Positions 1-9,749 are shown, counted from the first letter of the stretch. The stretch is DNA of 64,000 bases from Dehalococcoidia bacterium (GCA_963664625.1 OY761541.1:2187670-2251669), one strand, 5' to 3'. Notes: a model not told the origin generated them from the sequence alone. Made by a program: numbers and translations.

Positions 1-453
1 CCGTTCCACCACCGTCACTTGGGGCACGGAATTGAGAGCGCCCTCCGGAGAAGATGCGTCGGGGTCCACGTCGGCGCTGATAACCAAGCGCTTGCTGTCG
101 GGCGACCAGGAAAACTCGAACACCTTGCCGGGAGCCCCTTCCAGCGCACGGGCTTCGCCGCCGTCGGCGTCCATCACCCATATCTCCCTGCCGCGCTGGT
201 CGTCGGCCCGTAGGAAGGCCAGCGTCTTGCCGTCGGGAGAGAACTTGGCCACCGAGTCCCGGTTGCCCTGTGTGAACTCCCGCGACGACCCGTCGGCCAA
301 GTCCATCATTACGATGCGTGACTTGGCCTCTATGCCGTCGCCGCGGTCCACCCAGGACCGGGTGTACGCCAACCGCCGCCCGTCGGGCGATATGGACGGG
401 TCCGTCGCGCCCCGTAGCTGGTAAACGATGTCCGACGTAATGCGGTTGGTCAT
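1..453 (-). CDS. S9 peptidase / TolB-like beta-propeller protein, N-terminal 151 codons (continues beyond left edge)
   Basis: Hand translation of the reverse strand from ATG (451-453): MTNRITSDIVYQLRGATDPSISPDGRRLAYTRSW..KFSPDGKTLAFLRADDQRGREIWVMDADGG..FSWSPDSKRLVISADVD. It has PD40-like SPDG blades. The frame is open to nt 1, so it is absent from the ORF track. Confidence 0.6.
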   Translation of the reverse strand, partial: MTNRITSDIVYQLRGATDPSISPDGRRLAYTRSWVDRGDGIEAKSRIVMMDLADGSSREFTQGNRDSVAKFSPDGKTLAFLRADDQRGREIWVMDADGGEARALEGAPGKVFEFSWSPDSKRLVISADVDPDASSPEGALNSVPQVTVVER

Positions 454-489
454 AACTCTCTCCCCAGCCTCCTGTATGTGACCCCGACA

Positions 490-517
490 AGCGCCCCCTT
501 TTTGGGAAGGGGGCGCT
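490..517 (-). terminator. GC-rich hairpin after the 529..1188 gene (possible terminator, no U-tract)
   Basis: agcgccccctt-tttggg-aagggggcgct forms an 11-bp perfect stem about 12 nt past the stop of the minus-strand gene. Confidence 0.3.
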
Positions 518-528
518 GTTGAGAGTTC

Positions 529-1188
529 CTAAAGCTCGAAGGTCTTGTTCCAGACCCCGGGTGATTGAGGGGCATGGGTCATAAGGGGCCGTATCCTGGC
601 GGTGCTGGGGTCGATGTCCCGTTGTCTCTCCCACTCCGCGCTTTCAGAGACCTTGTCGTGGTCCAACTCGTAGACCACGGCGTACTTGTGCTCGCCGCGG
701 ACGACCCGCCAGCGGCGGCCCCTGATGCAGCCCGGCACCTTCTCATAGTTGGGTACGTAGATGCCGCTGTACCACTTGTTCCACTCGTCCTCATGCTCCG
801 GGGGAATATCCATGCGCCCGATCTGGAGAGTGGGGGCCATGCCGGACCCGGCGATGTCGTCCGTCAACTCGGACGGGTGAATCATCTCGAACACGTAGCT
901 CATGAAGTTGGTCCCGATCAGCGACGGGCTGACCCGTTGCCCCCACTCTGTGCGGGGCCGGTCCTTGAAGGCGTCGGTGTTGATAACGTCGGGACTTTCC
1001 AGTTCGTAGAAGGCCAAGTGCTTGGGGCCGCTCTTCACCGCCTCGTACCGTGCGGCGCTCAACACGCCGGGCACGGACAGAAGCTCGGCCAAGTGTTCCT
1101 CGTTGTACCAGCGGTTGAAGTCGTCCTCCTTGTCGGCGGGTATGTCCGCCATAACCATCATCATCGCGGTGCCTTTCTTGTTAGCCAT
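529..1188 (-). CDS. tandem two-domain dimeric alpha/beta-barrel protein (EthD/DUF4286-like)
   Basis: 219 aa with two internal repeats: DIPADKEDDFNRWYNEEHLAELLSVPGVLSAARYE and DIPPEHEDEWNKWYSGIYVPNYEKVPGCIRGRRW. Single-domain paralog at 6291..6602. Confidence 0.6.
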   Translation of the reverse strand: MANKKGTAMMMVMADIPADKEDDFNRWYNEEHLAELLSVPGVLSAARYEAVKSGPKHLAFYELESPDVINTDAFKDRPRTEWGQRVSPSLIGTNFMSYVFEMIHPSELTDDIAGSGMAPTLQIGRMDIPPEHEDEWNKWYSGIYVPNYEKVPGCIRGRRWRVVRGEHKYAVVYELDHDKVSESAEWERQRDIDPSTARIRPLMTHAPQSPGVWNKTFEL

Positions 1189-1295
1189 GTGGCGCCTCCT
1201 CAGTTTGGGCTGTTTGAAGCTGGATCCATGCCATTATACCGGGATTATCCCGGCGCTTGGGATTATGTCTAGGGCAGACGTGGGCTGCGACGGGT

Positions 1296-2087
1296 TTATT
1301 CCGTCCGGTTTCCCCTGATTTCCCGCACCCTGGCCAGGATAGTCTGTACGTCGGAGTTGACGATGGCTCGGTAGTCGGCGATGTTGGATATAGGGTTTTG
1401 GGTAGGGTGATAGTCCTGGGATCCGGCGTACTGGTTGTAGATGGAGCCGTCGATGCCTTGGCGGAACTGGAAGTCCGGGTCCACCCTTAACGCATCCGAT
1501 GTAAGTTGGTCTATGTCGTGAATACGCTCGTATGCGGTATTGGTGGCGGAGATCAGGGCCTTGAGGGCGTGCTCCATCGCGCCTTGAGCGTGTTGTCCAA
1601 CCATGTCGTCGTGCTCGCCGACGTCTATCAAGGAGTTAAACGCACTGAGATGCTTTTCCGCGTGGCGGTAGCGTTCATCTGTGATTGTCCATTCATACTC
1701 GTAGTCGTTGTCACCGTTGTCGTTGTATCTACTATCGTAGTCTCCGGCGTCGCGCGGCATTATTACCCCGTCTCTTAACGCCTTGGCCACCAGATGGTTG
1801 ACGCTGCGGCGCATCTTGCCGAATTCGTCGGAAGTTTTCCAGATAATCTGCACCGGGACGGCTTTCCGGTAAAGCTCCATAACGGACAGTCTGGCTTGAT
1901 CGCGGGTCCTGGATTCCTGTTCTTTCGACGGCTGGTTTTCCTGCACCAGCATAATGTCAATATCGGAACTGTTGTCATAGTCGCCCCTGGCGCGTGACCC
2001 GAAGAGTATCGTGACTTCCGGCCGTTCGGTCCGGTGCAGGCAACGGGCAACCTCCAGCGCTCTTGAATCGCATTTTGTTGTGGTCAT
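1296..2087 (-). CDS. fused nucleotidyltransferase (MNT-like) + HEPN domain protein
   Basis: The N-terminus ILFGSRARGDYDNSSDIDIMLV carries the GS..D.D polymerase-beta NTase motif. The C-terminal half (AEKHLSAFNSLIDVGEHDDMVGQHAQGAMEHALKALISA) is HEPN-like. ATG 2087 has a GAGGA RBS and is better than ATG 2108. Confidence 0.7.
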   Translation of the reverse strand: MTTTKCDSRALEVARCLHRTERPEVTILFGSRARGDYDNSSDIDIMLVQENQPSKEQESRTRDQARLSVMELYRKAVPVQIIWKTSDEFGKMRRSVNHLVAKALRDGVIMPRDAGDYDSRYNDNGDNDYEYEWTITDERYRHAEKHLSAFNSLIDVGEHDDMVGQHAQGAMEHALKALISATNTAYERIHDIDQLTSDALRVDPDFQFRQGIDGSIYNQYAGSQDYHPTQNPISNIADYRAIVNSDVQTILARVREIRGNRTE

Positions 2088-2184
2088 TCCACGTCCTCGC
2101 CAAGTCATTCCTAGCTTCTTACAGGCGCCAAATTATAACATCGGGCCGTTTTCGGCCTTTGGCTAGGTATGGTACAATCCACCC

Positions 2185-2208
2185 GTCATTCCCGCGAAGG
2201 CGGGAATC
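2185..2208 (+). repeat. REP-like palindromic intergenic repeat, copy 1 (GTCATTCCCGCGAAGGCGGGAATC)
   Basis: ATTCCCGC-N4-GCGGGAAT hairpin between divergent genes. Translates as the spurious FPRRRES peptide in the ORF track. Confidence 0.9.
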
Positions 2209-2233
2209 TATTCCGGTAGATGAGGTGGTTGTA

Positions 2234-4510
2234 ATGGCCTCTAACATTGTCCTTTCCAACACCGATTACAAGGTGGTTGGCACTCGGCCCGTCAGGCATG
2301 ACGGGACCGATAAAGTGACCGGTCGCGCCCAGTACGGCGGCGACTATCATGCAGCCGGGCTGCTCCACGGCAAGGTGCTGCGAAGCCCCCATGCCCATGC
2401 CCGCATAAAGTCCATTGACGTGAGCAAGGCCGCCGCCTATCCGGGCGTCAAGTCGGTCATCACCGGGGCGGACATGCCCGTTGCCAAGATGGACTCTCCC
2501 AGCCGCGGCTCCCGCTTCGCCAGCGAAAACCTGCTGGCCAACGAGAAAGTCCTTTACAGGGGCCATGCCGTGGCCGCCGTAGCGGCGATCAACGCCCACG
2601 TCGCCGCCAGCGCGGTTGAGCTGATAGAGGTAGAGTACGAAGTCCTTCCGTCTTATGTCGAAGTCCGGGAGGCCATGAAAGACTCGGCGGAACTGCTCCA
2701 CTCCGACGTCACCACCACGGAGTTGGGAGAGCGCACCGACAAGCCCAGCAACGTCGCCTCCCACCTGAGGTACGAGCAGGGCGACGTGGACAAGGGGTTC
2801 GAAGAAGCCGACATCATCGTGGAGCGGGAATTCAGCACCGCCACCGTCCACCAAGGCTACATAGAGCCGCACAACGCCACCGCTCTTTGGAACGCCGACG
2901 GCCACGTGACCGTGTGGACCAGCACCCAGGGAGCGTTCACGGCCAGGGACGCGCTGTCGGGCGCGCTGGACGTACCGGTGTCACAGATAACCGTGGTGCC
3001 TATGGAGATCGGCGGCGGGTTCGGCGGGAAGATTCCGATATACCTCGAGCCGCTGGCCGCGCTGTTGTCCCGGAATACCGGGCAACCCGTCAAGATGATC
3101 ATGTCCAGGGACGAGGTATTCGAGTCCACCGGCCCTACCTCAGGCACCTTCATCAAGGTCAAGATGGGCGCCAAAAACGATGGCACACTGGTTGCCGCTT
3201 ACGCAGATATGGCTTATGAAGCCGGCGCTTTCCCAGGCTCGATGGTTTCCGCCGGGGCGCAGTGCATCTTCGCCCCCTACGACATCGAAAACATGAAGGT
3301 CGACGGGTACGATGTTCTGGTCAACAAGCCCAAGACCGCCGCGTACCGGGCCCCCGCCGCGCCCAACGCCGCTTTCGCCGGCGAGGCGGTGGTGGACGAG
3401 ATTGCCCGGAAAGTCGGCATGGACCCCATCGAGTTCAGGCTGCTGAACGCCTCCAAGGAAGGCACCCGCCGCGTTGACGGCCCGGTCTTCCCCGTCGTCG
3501 GCAACATCGAGTGCCTGCAAGCCGCCAGGGACTCGGACCAGTACCAGTCCAAGCTGGAAGGACCCTACCGGGGCCGGGGCGTCGCCTCCGGCTTCTGGTT
3601 CAACATCGGCCTCCAGTCCAGTTGCTCCATCGGCGTCAACGCCGACGGCACCATCACCCTGGTGGAAGGTTCCACCGACATCGGCGGCACCCGGGCCTCT
3701 ATCGCCATGCAGGCCGCCGAGGTGCTGGGCATAGCCTCAGAGGACGTGCACCCCAGCGTTGGGGACACCGACTCGGTGGGCTACACCTTCCTGACCGGCG
3801 GCAGCCGGACCACCTTCGCCAGCGGCTGGGCGGCTTACGAGTGCGCCCAGGACGTCAAGCGGCAGATGATCGAAAGGGCCGCCACCATTTGGGAAGTTGA
3901 AAAGGACGACGTGGAACTGACGGACGGGGTTTTCCACCACACGTCCGACCCCGACCTGAGCATGAGCTTCAAGGAACTGGCGGAGCAGTTGAACGGCACC
4001 GGCGGGCCCATTTCCAGCCAGGTCAGCGTGGACCCCAGGGGCGCCGGCGGAGCCTTCAGCACCCACATCGCCGACGTTGAGGTGGACCCGGAGACCGGAA
4101 AGGTCACCATCCTTGACTACACCGCGATCCAGGACGCCGGAAAGGCCATCCACCCCAGCTACGTCGAGGGACAGATGCAGGGCGGCGTGGTGCAAGGGAT
4201 AGGCTGGGCGTTGAACGAAGAGTACTTCTTCAACCAGGACGGCCAGATGGCCAACTCCAGCTTCCTGGACTACCGGATGCCCACCAGCCTGGACCTGCCG
4301 ATGATCAGCACCATCATCGTCGAGGTCGCCAACCCCGGCCATCCCTACGGCGTCCGCGGAGTGGGCGAAGTGCCCATCGTCCCGCCGATGGCCGCCATCG
4401 CCAACGCCATCCAGGACGCCATTGGCGTGCGGATGGAAGAGTTGCCCATGTCTCCCGGAGCGATCCTGGAGGCCATCTGGAAGAAAGAGGCTGAGGAAGC
4501 CGCAGCCTGA
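2234..4510 (+). CDS. xanthine dehydrogenase-family molybdopterin-binding large subunit (orphan, no adjacent S/M subunits)
   Basis: Internal start ATG 2234 with GAGGTGG RBS (MASNIVLSNTDYKVVGTRPVRHDGTDKVTGRAQY..). 758 aa, with aldehyde oxidase/XDH a/b-hammerhead and Moco domains. The loop AAYRAPAAP is not the CODH AYxCSFR type. Confidence 0.85.
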   Translation: MASNIVLSNTDYKVVGTRPVRHDGTDKVTGRAQYGGDYHAAGLLHGKVLRSPHAHARIKSIDVSKAAAYPGVKSVITGADMPVAKMDSPSRGSRFASENLLANEKVLYRGHAVAAVAAINAHVAASAVELIEVEYEVLPSYVEVREAMKDSAELLHSDVTTTELGERTDKPSNVASHLRYEQGDVDKGFEEADIIVEREFSTATVHQGYIEPHNATALWNADGHVTVWTSTQGAFTARDALSGALDVPVSQITVVPMEIGGGFGGKIPIYLEPLAALLSRNTGQPVKMIMSRDEVFESTGPTSGTFIKVKMGAKNDGTLVAAYADMAYEAGAFPGSMVSAGAQCIFAPYDIENMKVDGYDVLVNKPKTAAYRAPAAPNAAFAGEAVVDEIARKVGMDPIEFRLLNASKEGTRRVDGPVFPVVGNIECLQAARDSDQYQSKLEGPYRGRGVASGFWFNIGLQSSCSIGVNADGTITLVEGSTDIGGTRASIAMQAAEVLGIASEDVHPSVGDTDSVGYTFLTGGSRTTFASGWAAYECAQDVKRQMIERAATIWEVEKDDVELTDGVFHHTSDPDLSMSFKELAEQLNGTGGPISSQVSVDPRGAGGAFSTHIADVEVDPETGKVTILDYTAIQDAGKAIHPSYVEGQMQGGVVQGIGWALNEEYFFNQDGQMANSSFLDYRMPTSLDLPMISTIIVEVANPGHPYGVRGVGEVPIVPPMAAIANAIQDAIGVRMEELPMSPGAILEAIWKKEAEEAAA

Positions 4511-4525
4511 CCCACCGGACCAGCG

Positions 4526-4561
4526 AAGCCGGGCCCTCTGATTGAGCGGCCCGGCTTTTTT
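4526..4561 (+). terminator. rho-independent terminator
   Basis: aagccgggcc-12 nt loop-ggcccggctt (10-bp stem) followed by TTTTTT, 16 nt after the stop at 4510. Confidence 0.8.
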
Positions 4562-4606
4562 GTGTCCAAATATTTCCGACAAGTATTTCCAAGAGGAGGA
4601 AACGTC

Positions 4607-5161
4607 ATGGCGAGAGTACCTTTTGCAACCCGTGAAAACATGACTCCGGCCGACCAAGCGGTCTGGGACGAGATCGAGACTACCCGCGGCGGCGTGGCCC
4701 GCAACTACGCCGCTTTGCTCAACAACGCCCAAGCTGCCGGCAACCTGGCCACTCTGGGCGGCTACGCCCGGTTCGAGACCCCGTTAGACCCGAGGATAAA
4801 GGCGTTCGCCATTCTTACCGCCGCCCGCGAAGCCCGGGGGCATTACGTGTGGACGGTGAACCAACGGCCCGCCCGCGACGCGGGGCTGACCGATGATGAA
4901 ATCAACGCCATCCTGGAATTCCGCGCCCCGGTGGGGTTGCAGCAAAAGGACGCCGAGGTCGTCCAGTTCGTGCTGGAGTTGCTGCGCCAGCACCGCGTAT
5001 CCGACAAGAGTTTCGAGGCCCTCCGCGCGCAGGTGGGCGACGCCGGCGTCATAGACGTTCTGGTGGTGGCCGGCTACTACCACACCCTGGCCCACTGCCT
5101 GCAAGCGCTGGAAGTGGAGCTTCCGGAAGGGGTTGAGACGGCGCTGACATATTTGGGGTAA
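4607..5161 (+). CDS. carboxymuconolactone decarboxylase-family (AhpD-like) protein
   Basis: ATG 4607 follows AAGAGGAGG. Sequence: MARVPFATRENMTPADQAVWDEIETTRGG..LTAAREARGHYVWTVNQRPARDAGLTDDEI. Confidence 0.65.
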   Translation: MARVPFATRENMTPADQAVWDEIETTRGGVARNYAALLNNAQAAGNLATLGGYARFETPLDPRIKAFAILTAAREARGHYVWTVNQRPARDAGLTDDEINAILEFRAPVGLQQKDAEVVQFVLELLRQHRVSDKSFEALRAQVGDAGVIDVLVVAGYYHTLAHCLQALEVELPEGVETALTYLG

Positions 5162-5335
5162 GGCGTAACTGAAAAAAGGAGCGGCCGGCCTCCGAAGAGA
5201 GGGGCCGCTGAAGGAGCGGCCCGCTGCCGGTCGCTGAGGAGCCAATAATACCTTGGTTGCGCAGGGTGGGTCAACCTGAAATTGTCTTAGGTGATGTCAC
5301 GTTTGAGGTGGTCTGTCCGTTGCCGACGGTACCGT

Positions 5336-5360
5336 GGATTCCCGCCTTCGCGGGAATGAC
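5336..5360 (-). repeat. REP-like palindromic repeat, copy 2
   Basis: ggattcccgccttcgcgggaatgac, intergenic. Confidence 0.9.
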
Positions 5361-5432
5361 GATGAATGGCCCCAGCGGTGTGCTATCATGGCAGGAATTC
5401 TACGGCTTGGGCCAGTGGGAAGAGGCCTATAT

Positions 5433-6248
5433 ATGACCACAAGGTTGCCGCTGCCCTTCGACAAGTTGAAGCGGAAAATCACCGGGCCTTCCGACTTGGA
5501 CTATACGGACCTTCCCGCCGACCCTGTCCACGGCATCCTCCCGGACCCGGGTGCTCCCGACGATCACGAACCGCTACCCGATGGTATGCAGCAAGAGACT
5601 GATTTCCTCTACGCCGTCACCGTTCTGCAAGCCTTCTTCTGGGGACGCCCCGGGGTTCTGGTGAGCGGTGATACACCCGTTTACTATCTCGATGCTGAGG
5701 GCATTCAACAGATAGTAAGGCCCGACTGCTACGTTTCCTTCGGCATCAATCCCATCTCCATCCGCCGCCGCAACGGCTATTTCATCAGAGAGGTAGGCAA
5801 GCCACCGGACTTCGTGCTGGAGATAGCCTCGGAAAGCACCCACACCAACGACACGGGTTTCAAGAGGGAGCTGTACGCCCGCTTGGGAGTGGCGGAGTAC
5901 TGGCGGTTTGACGCCAGCGGCGGAGACCTGTACCCCGAGGCGCTGGCTGGGGATCGACTGGTAGACGGAGAGTACGTTCGCATTGAAACGGTGCGGGACA
6001 CTGACGGAGTGGTCCGGGGGCGCAGCGAATGGCTGGGGTTGGACCTGTGCTGGGTCAACGGAGAACTGCGGTACTATAATCCGGCAACGGGTGAATACCT
6101 TCGGAACACACAGGAGGCGGAAGCTGCCCGTCTGGAAGCGGAAAGCCGTGCGGAGGCCGCCGAGAGCCGCGCCGAGGCTGCGGAGGAGCGGGTACGGCAA
6201 CTCGAAGAACAGTTGGGACGACGCCCGGACAATAGTCTTGGTCCTTAG
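5433..6248 (+). CDS. Uma2-family (DUF820) PD-(D/E)xK endonuclease with C-terminal A/E/R coiled-coil tail
   Basis: ATG 5433 (MTTRLPL..). Motifs: RPDCYVSFG, GKPPDFVLEIASEST, LGVAEYWRFD. Tail: EAEAARLEAESRAEAAESRAEAAEERVRQLEEQL. Paralog at 26820..27551. Confidence 0.8.
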   Translation: MTTRLPLPFDKLKRKITGPSDLDYTDLPADPVHGILPDPGAPDDHEPLPDGMQQETDFLYAVTVLQAFFWGRPGVLVSGDTPVYYLDAEGIQQIVRPDCYVSFGINPISIRRRNGYFIREVGKPPDFVLEIASESTHTNDTGFKRELYARLGVAEYWRFDASGGDLYPEALAGDRLVDGEYVRIETVRDTDGVVRGRSEWLGLDLCWVNGELRYYNPATGEYLRNTQEAEAARLEAESRAEAAESRAEAAEERVRQLEEQLGRRPDNSLGP

Positions 6249-6290
6249 GCGACGGCTGGATAAACCTTTCCATCAAAGAGGAGGACACAA

Positions 6291-6602
6291 ATGGCTGATT
6301 ACGTTTACTTGGTACAGATGGATATTCCCGAAGAGTTGGAGGACGACTTCAACCGGATATACGACACCCAGCACGTTCCCAACATCCTGACGGCAAAGGG
6401 AGTACACGGCTGCACCCGCTACAAGCTGGAATCATCTGACGTGGAAGGGGTTGCCCGGTACGCCGCGCTCTACGAGATCGACTCCCCGGACGTGCCCCAG
6501 TCGGATAGTTGGAAGACCGAATCGGACAAGGGGGACTGGATAACCATGATCCGGCCCCACACGCTGAACCGGTCCCACATAACGTTCAGGAAAATCGCCT
6601 GA
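6291..6602 (+). CDS. single-domain dimeric alpha/beta-barrel protein (EthD/DUF4286-like)
   Basis: MADYVYLVQMDIPEELEDDFNRIYDTQHVPNILTAKGVHGCTRYKLE. Paralogous to each half of 529..1188. Confidence 0.6.
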   Translation: MADYVYLVQMDIPEELEDDFNRIYDTQHVPNILTAKGVHGCTRYKLESSDVEGVARYAALYEIDSPDVPQSDSWKTESDKGDWITMIRPHTLNRSHITFRKIA

Positions 6603-6610
6603 CGGAGGCG

Positions 6611-6844
6611 TCAGCCGGCAGCGACGCAGGTAATGGTCCGGATCACCCCCGGGACGCCTTGAACTCGGGAAGTCACCAACTCGGCGATGGCGCTCATATC
6701 GGGGGCTTCGGCCAAGGCAATCACGTCGAAGGCACCGGTGATGACGTCGGCGTACTGGATGCCGTCGAAGGTACGCAGCGTACTGGCCACGGTGCGGGAC
6801 CGCCCAACCTCTGTCTCGATTAGAATAAAGGCCCTGGTCCCCAC
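6611..6844 (-). CDS. stand-alone Lrp/AsnC ligand-binding (RAM) domain protein
   Basis: Sequence GTRAFILIETEVGRSRTVASTLRTFDGIQYADVITGAFDVIALAEAPDMSAIAELVTSRVQGVPGVIRT. The ORF extends to a TTG at 6907, but GTG 6844 preceded by GGAG gives the typical length of about 77 aa. Confidence 0.6.
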   Translation of the reverse strand: MGTRAFILIETEVGRSRTVASTLRTFDGIQYADVITGAFDVIALAEAPDMSAIAELVTSRVQGVPGVIRTITCVAAG

Positions 6845-6936
6845 CGGCTTCTCCAGCTTGGTTGATTTCGCCTTGTCTGCTGCCGGGCGTTCAAGACCCG
6901 GCAGCAAGTATCACGTGCTACCGGCTCCCGGTCCTG

Positions 6937-7323
6937 CTATTCGGGTATACAGGCGGTCGAAGTCACTTCCACCAGGGTGTCGGCTGCGCCAAAGGTCACC
7001 ACTATGGCGGTGCGCGCCGGGCGGTCGTCCGTGAAGTACTCCATGTAAACCCTGTTGAAGGCCGCCATGTCCTCGGTGTTGGCGAGGTAGCAGGTGTTGG
7101 TCATCACGTTGTCTATGGAGGTGCCCGCCGCCTCCAGGATCAGCTTGATCCGGTCCAGGGTGTTGCGGGTCTGCTCCTCGATGCCGTTGCCCATCTCTCC
7201 GGTGGTCGGGTGCCGTCCGGTGCAGCCCTGGACGAACACCATGTTCCCGAACCGGGTGGCTTGGGACAGGTGCGGGGGGTTGGGAGGCAGTTTGTCGCTG
7301 GTGATGATTTCCTTCTGCGCCAT
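6937..7323 (-). CDS. ridA: RidA/YjgF-family reactive intermediate deaminase
   Basis: 128 aa: GNMVFVQGCTG..IEEQTRNTLDRIKLILEAAGTSIDNVMTNTCYLANTEDMAAFNRVYMEYF..PARTAIVV. Confidence 0.85.
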   Translation of the reverse strand: MAQKEIITSDKLPPNPPHLSQATRFGNMVFVQGCTGRHPTTGEMGNGIEEQTRNTLDRIKLILEAAGTSIDNVMTNTCYLANTEDMAAFNRVYMEYFTDDRPARTAIVVTFGAADTLVEVTSTACIPE

Positions 7324-7474
7324 TGCTTCACGTCCTCAATCAACTTCGGTGGCTCCCGCCCTCCGCACCGGGCCATATTGCATTCCTGCCGTTATCGGGG
7401 GCCGAGGCTGCTTCATTATATCCCCACGTCCGGGGGTGTCAAACGCGGGCTTGTGGCGATATGTCAGTGGCATA

Positions 7475-7498
7475 GATTCCCGCCTGCGCGGGAATGAC
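7475..7498 (-). repeat. REP-like palindromic repeat, copy 3
   Basis: gattcccgcctgcgcgggaatgac, in the divergent intergenic region. Confidence 0.9.
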
Positions 7499-7709
7499 TG
7501 TAAACTGGCGAATCGGCTCCTTGGGCTTAGCACAGGTTAAGCCCCACGCCTGCTCCGTGCGTGTTGCAAGGGGAACGGCAAAGCCGCTAAAATGGCGCAA
7601 GAGTCGTCTTTGGTGGCGGGCCGGACGGGCGAGTTACCGGAGTGGCGTTGCGCGCTTTTTGCGCCGGCGCCCTGTGTGCGTTGCCATCGAATATGGAGGG
7701 GGATACCAG

Positions 7710-9749
7710 ATGCCCAGTGTTGATGTACGGAATATCAGAAATGTCGCGCTATTGTCGCATAGCGGCGCCGGCAAAACGTCGCTTTGCGAGTCGATGTTGT
7801 TCAACGTCAAGGCCGTCACCCGCATAGGGCGGGTGGAAGACGGCAACACCTTTTCCGACTATGAGCCGGAAGAGGTGAGGCGGAACAGCAGTATCCAGAC
7901 CACGCTGGTGCCCTTGGCTGGGGACGGGTTCAAAGTCAACTTCCTGGATACGCCGGGCTACGATGACTTTGTGGGCGAGGTTGTCGCCGCGCTGCGGGTT
8001 GTGGAGGGTGCGGTAATCCTGGTGGCTGCTCAGTCGGGTGTGGACGTGGGCACCGAGCGGTCCTGGAAGATGTGTGACCAAGCCGGGCTGCCCCGGATGT
8101 TCTTGGTCAACAAGATGGACCGCGAGAACGCCAGCTTCTCCAGGTGCGTGGCCGACATCCAAGCAACCTTCGGCAACCATTGCGTGCCGCTGCAAGTGCC
8201 GATGGGCGAAGCCCAGGACTTCAAAGGCGTCGTCAGCGTCATAAACCCTCCTGCCGACATTTCCGAGGACGTGGCCGCTGAGGTGGCGGCGGCTTGGGAA
8301 CGGTTGATAGAGGCCGCCGCGGAGAGCGATGACGCCCTGGCCGACAAGTACCTCGAAGGTGAGGAACTGACTACTGAAGAGGTCATAGCCGGGGTACGCG
8401 CCGGCATCCTGAACGGCGACTTGGCGCCCATCCTGGCCAGCTCGGCCACCGGCAATCTGGGCGTCGACGAATGTCTGGACATGGTGCGGGAGTTCCTCCC
8501 CTCGCCGGTTGACGGGCGGAAGCCGCCGGTAGCGGAAAGCGACGATTCCTTGGAGCCGGACCTCGAAGGCCCATTGGCGGCCTTCGTGTTCAAGACCACG
8601 GCAGACCCCTTTGTGGGCAAGCTTTCGGTCTTCCGGGTATACAGCGGCGCCATCAAGAGCAACTCCGAAGTCTGGAACCCGGTGCGCCAGCAGGCGGAGC
8701 GCATCGGACAACTGTACCTGCCCAAGGGCAAGGCCCAGGAAAACGTCGCGGAAGTGACCGCGGGAGACATAGGCGCCATAGGCAAGCTCTCAGAGACGCT
8801 GACCGGCGACACCCTGGGCCAGCGCGACCATCAAGTCACGATAGAAGGCATAGAGTTCCCGACGGGCTTTTACCGGGTGGCGGTTGCACCGGCGACCAAG
8901 GCGGACCTGGACAAAATGTCCACTTCCCTGGCCCGCATCGTCGAGGAGGACCCGACCCTGCGATATTCCAGGGAGCCCGACACCGGCGAGTCCTTGATCA
9001 CCGGCTTGGGCGATGCCCAGATCGACGTGGCGATGGACAAGATACGCCGCAAGTTCGGCGCCGACCTCAAGGTAAAGATGCCGAGGGTTGCCTACAAGGA
9101 GACCATCACCAGGATAACCCAGACCGAGTACCGGCATAAGAAACAGTCCGGCGGCCACGGCCAGTACGGCCACGTTCTCCTTCGCTTGGAGCCCTTGGAA
9201 AGGACCGAGGGGTTCCAGTTTGCGAGCGAGGTGGTGGGCGGACGGGTCCCCAGGGAGTACTTCCCATCGGTGGAAAAGGGCGTCTCAAAAGCCATGGACG
9301 AGGGTGTGCTGGCAGGGTTCCCGATGGTGGACATGAAAGCGGTGCTTTACGATGGCAGCTTCCACGACGTGGACTCTTCGGGTATGTCTTTCGAGATTGC
9401 CGGCAATCAAGCGATGCGGAAGGGTGTGTCTGACGCCGGACCGATACTGCTTGAACCGATTATGAAGTTGAACGTAACGGTGCCCGACGCCTATACCGGT
9501 GAGGTCATGAGCGACCTGAACGGCAAGCGGGCGCGCATCCTTGGCATGAACCCGGGCGATGGCTACACCGAGATCGAGGCCGAGGTGCCCTTGGGCGAGG
9601 TGCAGCGCTACTCCCAGGACCTGCGCTCGGTGAGCCAGGGCCGTGGTTCGTATACGCTGGAGTTTGACCACTACGATCCCTTGCCCCAGAATCTGGAAGG
9701 CAGGGTGATAGAAGAGGCCAAGCGAGCCCGCGAGGAAGAGCGGGTCTAA
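7710..9749 (+). CDS. elongation factor G-family GTPase (EF-G paralog, outside any str operon)
   Basis: ATG 7710 follows GGAGGGGG. Sequence: MPSVDVRNIRNVALLSHSGAGKTSL, DTPGYDDF, NKMD. Domains II-V are present (679 aa). Confidence 0.85.
   Translation: MPSVDVRNIRNVALLSHSGAGKTSLCESMLFNVKAVTRIGRVEDGNTFSDYEPEEVRRNSSIQTTLVPLAGDGFKVNFLDTPGYDDFVGEVVAALRVVEGAVILVAAQSGVDVGTERSWKMCDQAGLPRMFLVNKMDRENASFSRCVADIQATFGNHCVPLQVPMGEAQDFKGVVSVINPPADISEDVAAEVAAAWERLIEAAAESDDALADKYLEGEELTTEEVIAGVRAGILNGDLAPILASSATGNLGVDECLDMVREFLPSPVDGRKPPVAESDDSLEPDLEGPLAAFVFKTTADPFVGKLSVFRVYSGAIKSNSEVWNPVRQQAERIGQLYLPKGKAQENVAEVTAGDIGAIGKLSETLTGDTLGQRDHQVTIEGIEFPTGFYRVAVAPATKADLDKMSTSLARIVEEDPTLRYSREPDTGESLITGLGDAQIDVAMDKIRRKFGADLKVKMPRVAYKETITRITQTEYRHKKQSGGHGQYGHVLLRLEPLERTEGFQFASEVVGGRVPREYFPSVEKGVSKAMDEGVLAGFPMVDMKAVLYDGSFHDVDSSGMSFEIAGNQAMRKGVSDAGPILLEPIMKLNVTVPDAYTGEVMSDLNGKRARILGMNPGDGYTEIEAEVPLGEVQRYSQDLRSVSQGRGSYTLEFDHYDPLPQNLEGRVIEEAKRAREEERV

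Noticed and set aside
19-424. Plus-strand ORFs 19..213 and 32..424
   Set aside because: Their composition is low-complexity Ala/Ser/Arg/Pro-rich. The opposite strand encodes a convincing PD40-repeat peptidase N-terminus starting at 453, so these are shadow ORFs.
2063-2233. 5' extensions of ORFs through the intergenic repeat (2063, 5334, 7494, 24556, 32666, 43620 starts)
   Set aside because: The extensions translate the REP element (FPRRRES / DSRLRGND) or leader sequence. Internal ATGs with good Shine-Dalgarno sequences coincide with the family-typical N-termini.
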